A stretch of 64,000 nt of DNA from Hemiscyllium ocellatum (GCF_020745735.1 NC_083413.1:14446001-14510000); one strand, 5' to 3'; shown: positions 37,491 through 50,289, counted from the stretch's first letter. Made by a program: numbers and translations. Notes: generated from the sequence alone by a model not told the origin.

Positions 37491-38662
37491 GTGGAATATG
37501 CAGCTAAGCTGATTTGAGTTAAAGGGCTACTCCTTTGGTGCTGAGTGCTCACAGTAATAATGTAGCCTTTGGCTCCTTTACCAATGTTACCTTCGGATTA
37601 AGAGTAAAAAAAATGGTGTCAATATGCTTTGCAGATGTAAAACTTAGTAGACTGCTTGTTAATTTCTAGGAATGCAACTCGAGAAAAAAGCATTAGTTAC
37701 GGAAGGATTATTCCTAAATTTCTTATAAGATTTTTTTGTTTGTCCAGTCATTGAAACTTGTCACTGAGGCTAAGTAACAGATTTGTACGCTCGAGGTATT
37801 CTGTAACAGCCAATAAAGTACCTTTACGATATAGTCACTGTTGCAATGCAGGGAATGTGGCAGTCAGTTTATGTACAGTAATCTTCTACATTATAATAAT
37901 GGCCAGGTAATCTGTTTTTAGTCGTGATGAGGAAGTGCCAGTGTTGGACTGGGGTGAACAAGGTCAGAAGTCATACACCAGGTTAAGGTCCAACAGGTTA
38001 ATTTGAAATGGCAAGATCTTCGACTGCTGCCCAGGCATCAGAAGTGAAGAGAAGCACTCAGGCACAGAATTTACAATCCAATCGGAAGATAAAACAAATG
38101 AACCCTCCCAGTTGGGGAACACTACATCGGTGAAGGACATTCAGCTTCTGATCTGTGGGTAAGCATCCTCCAAAGTGGCCTTCGAGATACGCAACAATGC
38201 AGAATTGCCAAACAGATACTGATAGCCAAGTTCCATACCCATGAAAATGGCCTCAACCATGACCTTGGGTTCATGTGCACTACATGTAACCCCACCATAC
38301 TGTCCTGGATCTGTAAAATCTTTCTTGCTGTCTTGTTTTGACTGAACCACCATGATGACTTGTCATGATCTCTCTCCTTTAATTAGTGTATATAATTTTG
38401 GATTACTTGTTCCTTGGGTTAGACTCTCAGCATGCAACTCTTATACCTATCATCTTATTAGTCATTTGGTTTGTCTCCAACATTACCTTTATTTTTAATG
38501 TTTTATAATTATCTCTCTGCCTCAATTAATCGGAGTATAGGTCATCCCTTCACCTGCTTTTTTCAGTTGCTGTACTTTACTCACACCAACTGACACTTTG
38601 GAGCACCTGCAGAGACCTATCATTCAGCCTGACACCGCTCCACTCACATCATTTGTGTGATA

Positions 38663-39332
38663 GAATCATAGAATCCCTACAGTGTGGAAACAGGCCGTTT
38701 AGCCTGACAAGTCCATAGGATCCCTCCAAAGAGTAACCCATCCAGACTCGGTTACCCTGTATTTACCCTGAACAATGCACCTAATCTACACATCCCTGAA
38801 CATTACAGGCAATTTAATATGGCCGTTTCACCTAACCTGCACATCTTTAGATCGTGGGAGGCAAACCACAGCACCGGAGGAAATCCTTGCAGACATGGGG
38901 AGAATGTGCAAACTCCAAATTTTGGGCGGCACGGTGGCACAGTGGTTAGCACTGCTGCCTCACAGCGCCTGAGACCCGGGTTCAATTCCCGACTCAGGCG
39001 ACTGACTGTGTGGAGTTTGCACGTTCTCCCCGTGTCTGCGTGGGTTTCCTCTGGGTGCTCCGGTTTCCTCCCACAGTCCAAAGATGTGCGGGTCAGGTGA
39101 ATTGGCCATGCTAAATTGCCCGTAGTGTTAGGTAAGGGGTAAATGTAGGGGTATGGGTGGGTTTCGCTTCGGAGGGTCGGTGTGGACTTGTTGGGCCGAA
39201 GGGCCTGTTTCCACACTGTAAGTCTAATCTAATCTAATCTAATCCACATAAACAGTTGCCCGAGGCTGGAATCGAACCCAGGTCCCTAGTGCTCTGAGGC
39301 AGCAGTGCTAACCACTGAGCCACAGTGCCACC
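38663..39332 (-). mobile_element. HE1-type SINE (host), interrupted by a younger opposite-strand HE1
   Basis: Sequence continues across the insert: ...GCAAACTCCA | TCCACATAAACAGTTGCCCGAGG. Confidence 0.8.
38924..39243 (+). mobile_element. Young full-length HE1-type SINE
   Basis: GGGCGGCACGGTGGCACAGTGG head and (CTAAT)n tail. Nearly identical to 47783-48097. Confidence 0.9.
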
Positions 39333-39454
39333 TTGATTGTTTGATCTCTCTGATTATAAATTCTGTGCCTTAGTGCTTCCTTTCAATTCACATAATGAAG
39401 AGGCAGTGATTCGCAAACTTGTGATTTCAAATTAATGTCTTGGACTATAACTTC

Positions 39455-40060
39455 TGTTATGCACTAGGTCAGACCACTCAAAATCTTCTTGAGTAGGCAA
39501 CCCAGGCCATAACTTTGCAATTTGTTTTTGTAAGTGTACAGTGAGAATTACTTGGAGTAAGCTAGCTGGGTTGACTACTAGGTTTTAAAATGGACAGGAA
39601 TATATTCACAAACTTAGACAAAGAAATACAAAGAACAGAATAAAGAACCCCTACAGAACTCAGTCTGACGTAATTATGCTGTTCCGAATGTACACAACAA
39701 TCCCAATAAGCAAACCCCCTTAAAACACAGTTACAAAATGGAACAGATGCTTACAGATTGAAGTTAGAATGGCAGAAAGAGAGAGAGTTTCCATGCAGCT
39801 TGCTGTTGAACTCCTAACTGGTTCTGGACTGAACTGCTCAGCTAGAGAGCCGACCCACTCCCCTTTCATTATACAGGTCACTTCTAAAACATGACCGCTT
39901 TGGCCTGAAGTCTCATCTGTTTACATATAAATAGAAAGACCTGTCAGTTCCCTTTAATCTCTGTACCAAACCAGTCTAATTGGCACCGGAAGCATTTATG
40001 ACCCCTCTGAAACAAACCAAGGACATACTATCCTTGAGAAAAGGAACCAGCTTTGTGATG
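39455..40060 (-). mobile_element. Probable solo LTR
   Basis: Interrupts a PLE pLTR. Its minus-strand end ATTTTGAGTGGTCTGACCTAGTGCATAACA resembles the end of 55790-56620. The TSD is decayed. Confidence 0.55.
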
Positions 40061-42818
40061 CCTTGTGTCGTATGATGTCTGACCTTTGTTTTAGTGATCT
40101 TGAGTAAAGGATAAATTGCTGTAAAAAGTGGCTTTCTTGAATTTTATTTCCTTAAAAATACCAATATAAAGAAGAACAATAAGTTTATTCTGTATATAAG
40201 AAGAACCCGTTTATGGCTAACGTATTTGGCAGAGGTGTTACAACAGACAATGTACCAGTTTGGTGATGACTGATAGTTAAGTGACGAGCTCTGGTTAACT
40301 TCAGTCAGACTGAGTCTGAGAAACCAAACAAAAAATACATATTTTGTTCGGTTGATGCAGTGTATATGTACACAATAAAGGCAAGATGAGAAACTTTCAA
40401 AAATGAAGTGTTATTTCAACAAGTCTTAAGTTCTATAGTATCTAACAACCGAATAAATAATATTGGCTCAGGGGCATCGTCAATAAGTCCTGTCGTGAGT
40501 AAAAAGACCAAGGAAGTAGAGAAGATCTTGATTTAACATTTCATCCACGAAGTTGGTAACTTGAAAAGACAGTACACCCTCAAAAACTGCCAACCTAGGA
40601 TTTATGCTTCCACAGGCCTTTAATTTGCTACCATTTATTAATGGTGAAAGTGCTATTTATTGAGTGATGATTGGTGGGTTACGAATGGGATCAGTCAAGA
40701 AAGATGAAGGAGGAGAAATGCTTCATTTAGGGTTGTATTGTCTTCATTTTTTGTGTATGTAGGAAAGAAAATTGTGACAAGACAAGATAGCTTAATCAAT
40801 ACTGACAATTATAGGTTGTTTGAGTGAAAAAAGCTGTGAGGCTTGGTCCAGGAAGTAGCATTGTTGGTCACGGACAACGAGCTATCAAAAAGATTGAGTC
40901 GTGAGGTGGGGGAAATATCATGATTGCCACGTTTTTTATACTTCACTTATGAACTGGGGGTGGGCCTGCATTCCCACTACAGGAATCAATCTCAGGTGAT
41001 TCTCACTGAGATTCAGAATTTCCTGATTATTGTCCACTTGTTTGGGCAACAATCGTCTCATAGTGAATTACACCAATATTTCCTGAGTGTCATTATTGAG
41101 AGCTGGGATATAAAAGTGTGTCAAACTTGTAAAATCATCTTAACAGGCACTTGAGCAAAGCATCAAACTTGTACCTTTTTCCTATTTCTGATCCCTGATG
41201 AAAATTGAAGTTTGAAGTAATCATTTATTCATGAGAAGCACTGAATATTTGAAGATTCTTTTTTAATACAAATCATTTTTATGCAGTGAAGAGATATTCA
41301 AAGACCAAGACAATACATTTTCAGTCTCCTTGATGAGAAACATTAGCTGTAGCCTGAACACACTTGGAAGACTTTTATAATTTTGGAATTCTGCTTGTGA
41401 TAGGCTCTGAGCTGGCCACGTCTTAATGAAGCTTTTAAATGAACAGAAACCATAGAAACAGAGGCTGGAAAACTGAAACTAAATAGTGAAACCTTTGAGA
41501 AACAGGCAGCAGGTCTCTCAATATCTGACAGCTAAGAAAGGGTTAAACACCCAAATGTTTTCTTTGTTCTTAACAAATGCTATCTGAGGATTTCAGGTAT
41601 CGAGAATTTGAAATGGCTGTACACTCAGTGAAAATGTCCCTTTTCGTTCTTGTGATTAACCCGGGTCTACATTGTTAACCAGAAGGTGCTGACAGACCTC
41701 CTCACAGCTGCTGCCAGTCCGGCTGAGAAGAATAGGTTTAATGTTTTGAGTCTGATAGAACTGTGCTTTTGGAACTGTGAAAATCTGCCAGGTTTCTCCA
41801 GTGCATTTCATTTTTACTTCAGCTCTCCAGCATCCACAGCATTGTGACTCCTCCTTCTTAATGAAGTTTTGGCAAAAAGTAGGAATAATCCATCCTCTTT
41901 TAAAATCTTGAAACTTGTCCAAAATCCTATTTCCCCTTTTGTTGTAATTTAAACAAATAGTTATGATTTTAAATTATAAGTTGTTATCCTCTATTGCACT
42001 TTGGTTCATGACCATGATGTTTGGATTTCCATTGTTGCGTGCAGAAGTCCCAGCTGAATTCTAACCAATGGGCTTGACTTTGTATTTAGTACAATGTCTT
42101 TGCTTTAACATTTGCAATTCCAATGATGTTTTTAGTTTTATTTTAAATATGTAGGCCAATTCAGATTTTTGCACTTTAGGAAGTAGTAGGGGTCATTCAG
42201 GCTGTTCAAAGGGATTTACAAGAATAGTTCCAGGCATGAGGGATTTTAGTCACAAGTTTGGATTGGAAAAGTTATCTTGTTCTGCTAGAAGCAAGGGAGA
42301 CGATGCGGAAAGTTTAGAAGATTACAAAACTTTGTTTTTAATTGACTATTGTTATTTTGTAGTTTTGATGGTTGTAATAAAGAACCTTTTATTTCTTTAT
42401 TTTTCTTTTTTCTCTAAGAACTTATATTCCAGAATCTGTATTTAGGTATCTTTGTACCTAAGATGGTGCTATAAGTGATGACTTGCAACCTTTTCACTGT
42501 ATTCGTGTATGTAAGTACTTGTGACAATACAGCTCATTAATTCAATTCTAGACATGTCTGGATAAGGTAGAAGAAGGAAAAATCTGTTCCCACTGGATGA
42601 CACAGATTTAAGGATTTGGGCATGAGTTTACCTCAGAAACTACTTCACCTTTCAACTTCAAAGGCTCATGGTTGAATTTGTCAGGTCCTTGGCCATAAAA
42701 AGCTTTGCTGAAGAAATGAAGGCATTTGTCATTATGTGTGACAGCTCAGGGATCGGGTTTTGTTGGGACTGGGTGATCAAATGGATATTTAGTTGACAGT
42801 AGTATTCTGCTTCTCACA

Positions 42819-43778
42819 TCAGGAAGAAGCCTTCTGAAGCTTCTTTTTGTTCTTCCTAAACAGTATCTTAGTGAATGACTTGCACAGCAGGAAGTAGATG
42901 ACTGGATCGAGGCAAACGTTAAATGCACAAAGCAGCTGTGATGCTTCCTTTGCATAGTACAGCCTGTTGAATGCTGTACAGTTTATTTTGTTCTTTCGAC
43001 CCTGATCATAAGGAAGTCTGATAATTTGATAAGGTACAAAGCAGATGATGAAGACCGCCATGATGCTGAAAATGTTACGATTTACTCTCTCTTTGACGTT
43101 GCTGGAGTCCTTTTGCACTTTCTGATCGGACCAGTATATCTTGTTTAAGATGGCTGAATAACAGATAATGAGGAGCACAAAGGTGATCCAGAAAATAACT
43201 TGGCATTTTAAAATTGTAGAATGATGCCAGGCTTTACCCAGCTCACTTTTCGACCTGTAGCACCGTGCGGCGTCATCCTTTGTGAGGATGTGGTTTGTCA
43301 GAATGACATTTGGCAGTGCAAAGCCTGTCATAAATACCCAGCAACCCACACTGACACACTTGGCAAAGGAGACCTTTTGCACAGTCAGGTTTCTCATGGG
43401 GCGCACTATCTTTAGGTACCTGTCAAAGCTGATGAGGCCGAGGAATATGATGCTCAGGTACATGCAGTTGTAGAAGATGACGAGAGTGTAACGACACGCG
43501 ATTGCTTGCAACTGCCAGGGCCCAAGGTGTGAGTCAGACAGGATTTTGAAAGGCAGTGTCATGGTCATTAGCAGATCAGCGGTGACGATGTTCTTGAGAT
43601 AAACGACAAAGCTGGAATGACTTGGTATGTGACAGAAGATCCAGGCAGCCAGTGTGTTCAGCAATAAGCCTCCAACAAAAACAAAGAAATACAAAACTGG
43701 AAGGACCTCCATTGGCACTGTTGGGTTCCGCAAGGTTTTGCAGTCAGTGCTGTTGAGGAAATCTGCACTCATGTTCAT
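42819..43778 (-). CDS. P2RY14: P2Y purinoceptor 14-like, copy B (319 aa)
   Basis: Intact 7TM ORF, about 97% nt identical to copy A over 875 bp. Acceptor cttcccctAG at 43791-43792. Confidence 0.9.
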   Translation of the reverse strand: MNMSADFLNSTDCKTLRNPTVPMEVLPVLYFFVFVGGLLLNTLAAWIFCHIPSHSSFVVYLKNIVTADLLMTMTLPFKILSDSHLGPWQLQAIACRYTLVIFYNCMYLSIIFLGLISFDRYLKIVRPMRNLTVQKVSFAKCVSVGCWVFMTGFALPNVILTNHILTKDDAARCYRSKSELGKAWHHSTILKCQVIFWITFVLLIICYSAILNKIYWSDQKVQKDSSNVKERVNRNIFSIMAVFIICFVPYQIIRLPYDQGRKNKINCTAFNRLYYAKEASQLLCAFNVCLDPVIYFLLCKSFTKILFRKNKKKLQKASS

Positions 43779-43919
43779 TTCTGTGTATTTCTAGGGGAAG
43801 ACAATTACAAGGTTAATACTTTGTCACATAGAATGTATAACATAGCAACAAGATTTTTGGACGTGTTCATGCTGGTGATAGTGCTTAACCTCCTCCCATG
43901 TTTCCTGTTCTACATACTA

Positions 43920-44993
43920 AAGACTGATTACTAAACTTAGTGATCTCAGACTAAGCCCCACTCTCTGCAACTGGATCCTCAGTTTCCTGACCCACAGGCC
44001 ACAATCAGTGGAGATTGGGGACAATATTTCATCCGCACTAAAGCTCAACACTGGAGCCTCCTAGAGGTGTGTACTCAGCCCCCTACTGTACTCACTGTAT
44101 ACCCATGACTGTGCCACCAAATATCAGACTAATGCCATTTACAAGTTTGCTGATGACACCACCATAGTTGGTCGAGTCTCAGATGGCGAAGAAACAGACT
44201 ACAGATGGGAGGTGGAAGACCTGGAAAAATGGTGTACTGAGAACAACCTAGCTCTCAATGCCGACAAAACCAAGGAACTCATTATTGACTTTCAACAGGA
44301 TGTTACTCATGCCCCCCTACACAGTAACAGCACAGAGGCGGAACAAGTGGAGAGTGTCGAGCTCCTGGGAGTGGTCATCCACAACAAGCTTTCTTTGACT
44401 CCTCTTCATGTGAACGCACTGGTTACAAAGGCCCAATAATGTCTCCTCTTCCTCAGGCAGCTGAGAAGATTTGGCATGATGGTGAATACCCTTGCCAACT
44501 TCGATAGGTGCGCTATTGAGAGCATTCTGTCTGGATGTATCACTCCCTGGTATGGCAACTGTACCATTCAAGATCGGAGACGGTTACAGAGAGTGGTGAA
44601 CTGGGTCCAAACAATCTCAAAGGCCAACCTCCCATCTGTAGAATCCATCTACCAGGCCCACTGTCAAAGGCCACCAGCATTCTTAAAGGTCCATCATATC
44701 CTGGCAATGTTTTTCTACAACCTCTACATTGGGGAGAAGGTACAGAAGCCTGAACACATGTACCAGCCAGTTTCATAACAGTTTCTACCCTACTGTAGTT
44801 AGAATACTGAATGGACTCACAAACTCTTAACATTTGCCTGTACCTGTGTTTTTGTTTTTGCTGCTGTTTACCTATTATTTACTATCTATGCTACTTAACT
44901 CTGTGATATGCCTGTATTGCTCGCAAGACAAAGCTTTTCACTGTGCCTCGTTTTCACTTACACATGACAAAGAATTGAATTGAATTGAATTTA
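43920..44993 (+). mobile_element. Rex1/Babar-like LINE, 5'-truncated
   Basis: Motifs GCVLSPLLYSLYTHDC, KFADDTTIVG, KTKELIIDF and AIESILSGCITPWYG, with a pentamer tail. Confidence 0.85.
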
Positions 44994-45184
44994 AAATTTA
45001 CCATCACAGCATTTCTCCCTCGAATGTTTGTGTAGCTTTCCTTTAAATACATCTGAAGTATTCACCCTGGCCATTCTATTCTTATCGAGAGTTCAACATT
45101 CTTACCATTTCACAATCTGTTCAAAGCAATGAGTATGATCCAGTTACTGTTATGGTAATATGATTGAAAGGTGACTGAGTAAAA

Positions 45185-46100
45185 GGTAAAAACAATGACT
45201 GCAGATGCTGGAAACCAGATTCTGGATCAGTGGTGCTGGAAGAGCACAGCAGTTCAGGCAGCATCCAACGAGCAGTAAAATCGATGTTTCGGGCAAAAGC
45301 CCTCCATCAGGAATAAAGGCAGAGAGCCTGAAGGGTGGAGAGATAAGCTCGAGGAGGGTGGGGGTGGGGGTTAAGGTGATAGGTCAGGGAGGAGGGTGGA
45401 ATGGATAGGTGGAAAAGAAGATAGGCAGGTAGGACAAGTGATGGGGACAGTGCTGAGCTGGAAGTTTGGAACTTGGGGGAAGGGGAAATGAGGAAACTGG
45501 TGAAGTCCATACTGATGCCCTGGGGTTGAAGTGTTCCGAGGCGGAAGATGAGGCATTCTTCCTCCAGACATCTGGTGGTGAGGGAGCGGCGGTGAAGGAG
45601 GTCCAGGACCTCCATGTCCTCGGCAGAGTGGGAGGGGGAGTTGAAATGTTGGGCCACAGGGCGGCGTAGTTGATTGGTGCGGGTGTCCCGGTGATGTTCC
45701 CTAAAGTGCTCTGCTAGGAAGCGTCCAGTCTCCCCAATGTAGAGGAGACCACATCAGGAGCAACGAATACAATAAATGATATTGGTGGATGTGCAGGTAA
45801 AACTTCGGATATGGAAGGCTCGTTTAGGGCCTTGGATGGAGGTGAGTGAGGAAGTGTGGGTGCAGGTTTTGCAATTCCTGTGGTGACAGGGGAAGGTGCC
45901 AGGATGGGAGGATGGGTTGTAGGGGGGTGTGGACCTGACCAGGTTGTCACGGAGGGAATGGTCTTTGCGGAAGGTGAGGAGGGAAATATATCCCTGGGTC
46001 TTTTTGGAGGTGGCGGAAATGTCGGTGGATGATTTGGTTTATGCGAAGGTTGGTAGGGTGGAAGGTGAGCACCAGGGGCGTTCTGCCCTTGTTACGGTGA
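45185..46100 (-). mobile_element. Penelope-like element 3' part (GIY-YIG endonuclease remnant and pLTR)
   Basis: Minus-strand remnants PLVLTFHP, YCIRCS.CGLLYIGETGR, AQHFNSPSHS and LIFRLGTLQPQG. The pLTR has a mutated hammerhead at ~45280-45312. Confidence 0.85.
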
Positions 46101-47036
46101 CTGAGGCTGGTATCTGAATATTTAAGGACAGCTGACTTCCAAAACATGAACCCAATGCGTTGGCAAGCCAGTGGCATGTGCAGGTTCTCAGACTGCATGG
46201 GTTAGAGGGAACATTGGCAGCAACATGGGCACAGTGGAAATCAGGAAACTTTTGGTGTGGGTGATGAAATCTATGCAATTTTTGTGATGCCTTCCATATG
46301 CATGCACACTTGGTCGTCCAATAAACATTGATGTTATGGAGAATAAATTGTTGGAAGGTGTGTGTGGAGTTATCTTGAGAATTGTTTTGAAAAACCAACT
46401 TTGTAAGAAGTGAACAAGTCACTTTGTGTCTCATGCGAGGTCGTGAAAGTACCTGGTGGGGGGGAAGGACGATCAAGGGGCAGCAAGTCCTAACAAACCA
46501 AAAAGAACCATCTCGGCAAACCCTGTGGACAGGGACCATTGAACTAACTTGCTGGATTTCTTTCCACCCATAACATCGACTTTTAGTTTGGATCTATCTG
46601 TCTGTGTCTGTTTAGCAGTCTTGACAAACCAAAAATGACCAACTCAGCAAACTATTGAGTTGCCTTCCCAGTTTTTCCCACCCGCCATCACACCAACAGT
46701 TCATTTAGAGAGTGTCTCTATGTTTGCGTGTTGTAGCTTGGCAAGATGATCAGAGTTTTAACTAGCATAACTATATAATGACAGCTCGTAGGTTTTAAAC
46801 TGTAGTGAGAATCTATTTGTAATAATATAAGGGAAGATGATGGCCTGGTAATATTACCATGGACTGTTAATCTGGAGATCCAGAACATGTTCTGGGGACC
46901 CGGCTTCAATTTGAATTCAATTTAAAAAAAAATCTGGAATCAATAGTCTAATGATGACCAAACATTATCAATTGTCAGAAAAACCCACCTTCTTCACTAA
47001 AGCCCTTAAAGAAAGGAGCCTGCCATCCTTACCCAG

Positions 47037-47763
47037 TGTTACGTCACGGGGTAAACCCTTCTGCTAATTGAACCAAACACACAGAAAATCTCACCTCGCC
47101 TCATGATCTGTTAAAGTATGAGTGACAGAGAACTAAACAAATGCCACTATTTAAAGAAAATATAACTACGTTACGCTTTAACTCCAAAAGAGAACATTAA
47201 ACAACTATCTACAACTGTCAGCCACCTTTGTCTTAACGGTTTATCTACCTCCCACCCGAAAACAAAATACTAATCCGATAAAGCCCCTATTAAGTTTACA
47301 GTAAGTCAGTTTTCAAAACCAGCCAGCGGTATCGATCCTCCTGTGTAGATTTTCCCTGGGTCATCTTCCGTCTTCTACTGCAAAGATGTTTCATGAGAAA
47401 GGTACCTTTCAGAGAGCATGTTTTTGAATAGCAGTCATTCGATGGCAGAAGGTGCTTTTTCTCTGGCTAACTGTTCAAAATTTTTTGTATCCCAAAACAT
47501 CAGATCATCTCATTGTTTTGACAACATTACAACAAATAAAATTGAAATTTTATTGGGTTTTTGTATGTTTGGGCATAACTTAAACTGGTTGAATTCGAAT
47601 GGTTGCAAAAACCACTCATTTGCCTGAGCTACATCTTAAATGTTACATCTTCAAATTATCCAGCACACTCTGTGCCTGCACTCAGTCATATGACAGGTGC
47701 TTGCCAGCTTTTCAACTTGCACTCACTCTTAAAGGTATAGTACACACCTTCAACTCCACAACA
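47037..47763. mobile_element. Solo LTR (727 bp) inserted in an older SINE (~46835-48195)
   Basis: TGTT...AACA termini with 4-bp flanks CCAG/CTGG. Host sequence GCCATCCTTAC-C.GG-TCTGGCCTACATGTG is continuous across the insert. Confidence 0.75.
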
Positions 47764-47782
47764 CTGGTCTGGCCTACATGTG

Positions 47783-48097
47783 GGCGGCACGGTGGCACAG
47801 TGGTTAGCACTGCTGCCTCACAGCGCCTGAGACCCGGGTTCAATTCCCGACTCAAGCGACCGACTGTGTGGAGTTTGCACATTCTCCCCGTGTCTGCGTG
47901 GGTTTCCTCCGGGTGCTCCGGTTTCCTCCCACAGTCCAAAGATGTGCGGGTCAGGTGAATTGGCCATGCTAAATTGCCCATAGTGTTAGGTAAGGGGCAA
48001 ATGTAGGGATATGGGTGGGTTGCGCTTCGGCGGGTCGGTGTGGACTTGTTGGGCCGAAGGGCCTGTTTCTACACTGTAAGTAATCTAATCTAATCTA
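47783..48097 (+). mobile_element. Young full-length HE1-type SINE
   Basis: Head, V-domain and (TAATC)n tail, with TSD ATGTG. Confidence 0.9.
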
Positions 48098-49523
48098 ATG
48101 TGACTCCAGATCTATAGCAATATGGTTGACATTTAATTGCCCTCTAGGGATGGTAAATAAATGCTGCCTAACCACCAATACTCACATTCAATGAATGAAT
48201 TTTAAAAATGCAATTCTTGTTAAGTCCAAAAATGTAGTCAACTTGAGTCTAAAAAGATGGGTATATTGGGGAATTCAGTATTCTTTGATTAAAAGTTTTA
48301 AATTTTGTAACAACTCTGGGAATAGTGGGGGCTTGATTGCCAATATGGCACCCCCAAGGGGTTGTGACAGGAGCTGTGTAATGTGAGGGACAAAAAGGTG
48401 ATGTGAATCCATGATCAAAAGTGTTTGCCAGCTGAGTTTTTTTTCATCATTCCAACTGAAGGCTGCTTTCTGTCAGTCTTCACTCATATTGTAGTACCTG
48501 CCAACAACGTCTGTGATTTTATTTTGGGGAGGGTTGGTGCTTAAGTAAGTGGCTGAAACTTTTAAATTTTCTTTGTGTGGTGTCATTGAGTATTTAAGAA
48601 GGGTGACGTGCATGATATGAACTGCATCTTTGTGGTTACTCGGAGAGAACATTGGAGCCTGCATTGGCCACAGGCTATACTTCATTTCCAACTGTTTTTC
48701 TTCCCCCTGTTATTACTGCCAGTTTACTACTTCCATCTCATGTGTTTCTTGCAGGATGTTAGCTAATTCTCAAAAGCGGCAACCTTGTCCACTTCTCTTT
48801 CTTTATTTCTTCACATCCCCCACTCTTCTCCCGAAGTCATTTGAAAGCTTATGTAACATTACATCACATTGTGCCTCACTTACCCAATGCTGTTAGCAGA
48901 AGAGCCCATGGTCCTTGTAAGACTAACTAAGAGACAAACAGAGCTCAAAGAATGAATACCACAATCATGTTTGAACCATAACATACCGAACGAGAGCCTG
49001 CGTACCTGCCTTGTGCTTTATCCATATTCATGCTTTGCCCTGTTTCCTAGAATTGCAATACTTTATTCTCTTTGTAGCTTCAGTGAAACCAGCAGTTTGT
49101 TTATCAGATGTTGATTCTTCCTTGTGTTAATGCTTATCTTAATCAATGCCACTGTGCAATATGTTTTTGACTATTCATAGACATTAGTTGTAGCCAGCTC
49201 AGAATTATGGAATTGTTTACATGTTCAGTAAGAAATATTTTGTTGATTGTGTCAAGAATACGTATCAACAATTCTGAATTTCCCTTTTAGAAGCTGACAG
49301 ACTGATGTTTCTACAAACCTGGCGCAGTTCTCAATTTTCTGTTTGCACATTGTCCTTTATTAAACATAATTTTAATTTATATTTGATTGTCCACGCTGAC
49401 CTTCTGGGACCTATATAATCATGGGTTTTTCTTTGCAGTAGCCTGTGGTGGACATGACAATTCAATGAACGGACAACTACTATTGAACAAAATGTTACAA
49501 TAGACTTGAAAGCAAACACTTAC

Positions 49524-49770
49524 CGGAATTACCTTCAGGCTGTGGTTCTTTCCCTGATTATCCTTCTGAGTATTTTTGAAGGATTCTAACATGTACAAAT
49601 TAACCCAAACCTGCTGGAGCTGTCTGAGCATGTAGTTTGAAGATCTTATATTTATTTCATGCAGCAAGCAGTGTCATTTGACCTTTGGTTCATGAGACAG
49701 CTCTGATATGTTTGAGGAGATCACTCTTTCCTGTTTTCAATCTGTAGAATCAGCAACGTTGCAACATTTT
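49524..49770 (-). promoter_or_regulatory. Putative non-coding first exon/promoter of P2RY14-like copy B
   Basis: Donor CCG|GTAAGT at 49524/49523, alignable with the copy A candidate exon. ETS TTCCTG (~49728) and C/EBP-like GTTGCAAC (~49758) motifs. Confidence 0.5.
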
Positions 49771-50289
49771 ACCATTCGATTAATATCCAGTGATACGTGA
49801 ACCGATGTTACAGCAGTGACAATTATGGGGCATACACAGGGTTCAACACAGCTGCCTGAATGTTGCTGTCTGAATTGTGCCCCTCTAGTTTGAGCTTTAT
49901 GAAGGTCGTATCGCACTGTCTGCCTTGCCTTTGAATGTGGTAAATGATGTAAGATGTCATAACTTTGTGGTGGATATGAGCTAAGATTTACCTCTTCATT
50001 CCAGACTTATTTATTCTGATTTAAGTGTGCTTTCGATGATGTAGTGAACATTAATGACTGCAAAGCGATATCTTTGCCAATAAAATAAAGCGTGTGGTCT
50101 CGTTCTTTCAAATTTTAATTCCTGTTGGAGATTTTAAAAGTGTCACTTTACTTTGTCATTTTTATCTCCTTCTTGATTCAGTTTTTGTTTCCTATCCTTT
50201 TCTACTCTTTTTTTGATACCCAGTGTGATATTGAATGCACCCTTTCTAATTTGTTTTCCTTCTCTGTCCTCTCTTTTTTTTTTACCTGA

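Larger units (their letters stand above)
37930..40090 (+). mobile_element. Penelope-like remnant (inverted 5' pLTR, GIY-YIG C-terminus, 3' pLTR) with nested SINEs and an LTR
   Basis: 38135-38260 encodes a GHSASDL..SILQSGLRDTQQ..IAKFHTHENGLN-like endonuclease tail. pLTR pieces lie at ~37935-38030 and 39390-39454/40061-40090. Confidence 0.65.

Noticed and set aside
38924-39000. tRNA-like sequences with A/B boxes (also 3551, 29040, 47783)
   Set aside because: These are SINE heads continuous with the V-domain and LINE-derived tail, not tRNA genes.
25777-43778. P2RY14 copies as an uncollapsed-haplotype artefact
   Set aside because: Termini, introns, flanks and TE content are entirely different. 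Alleles would match outside the CDS.
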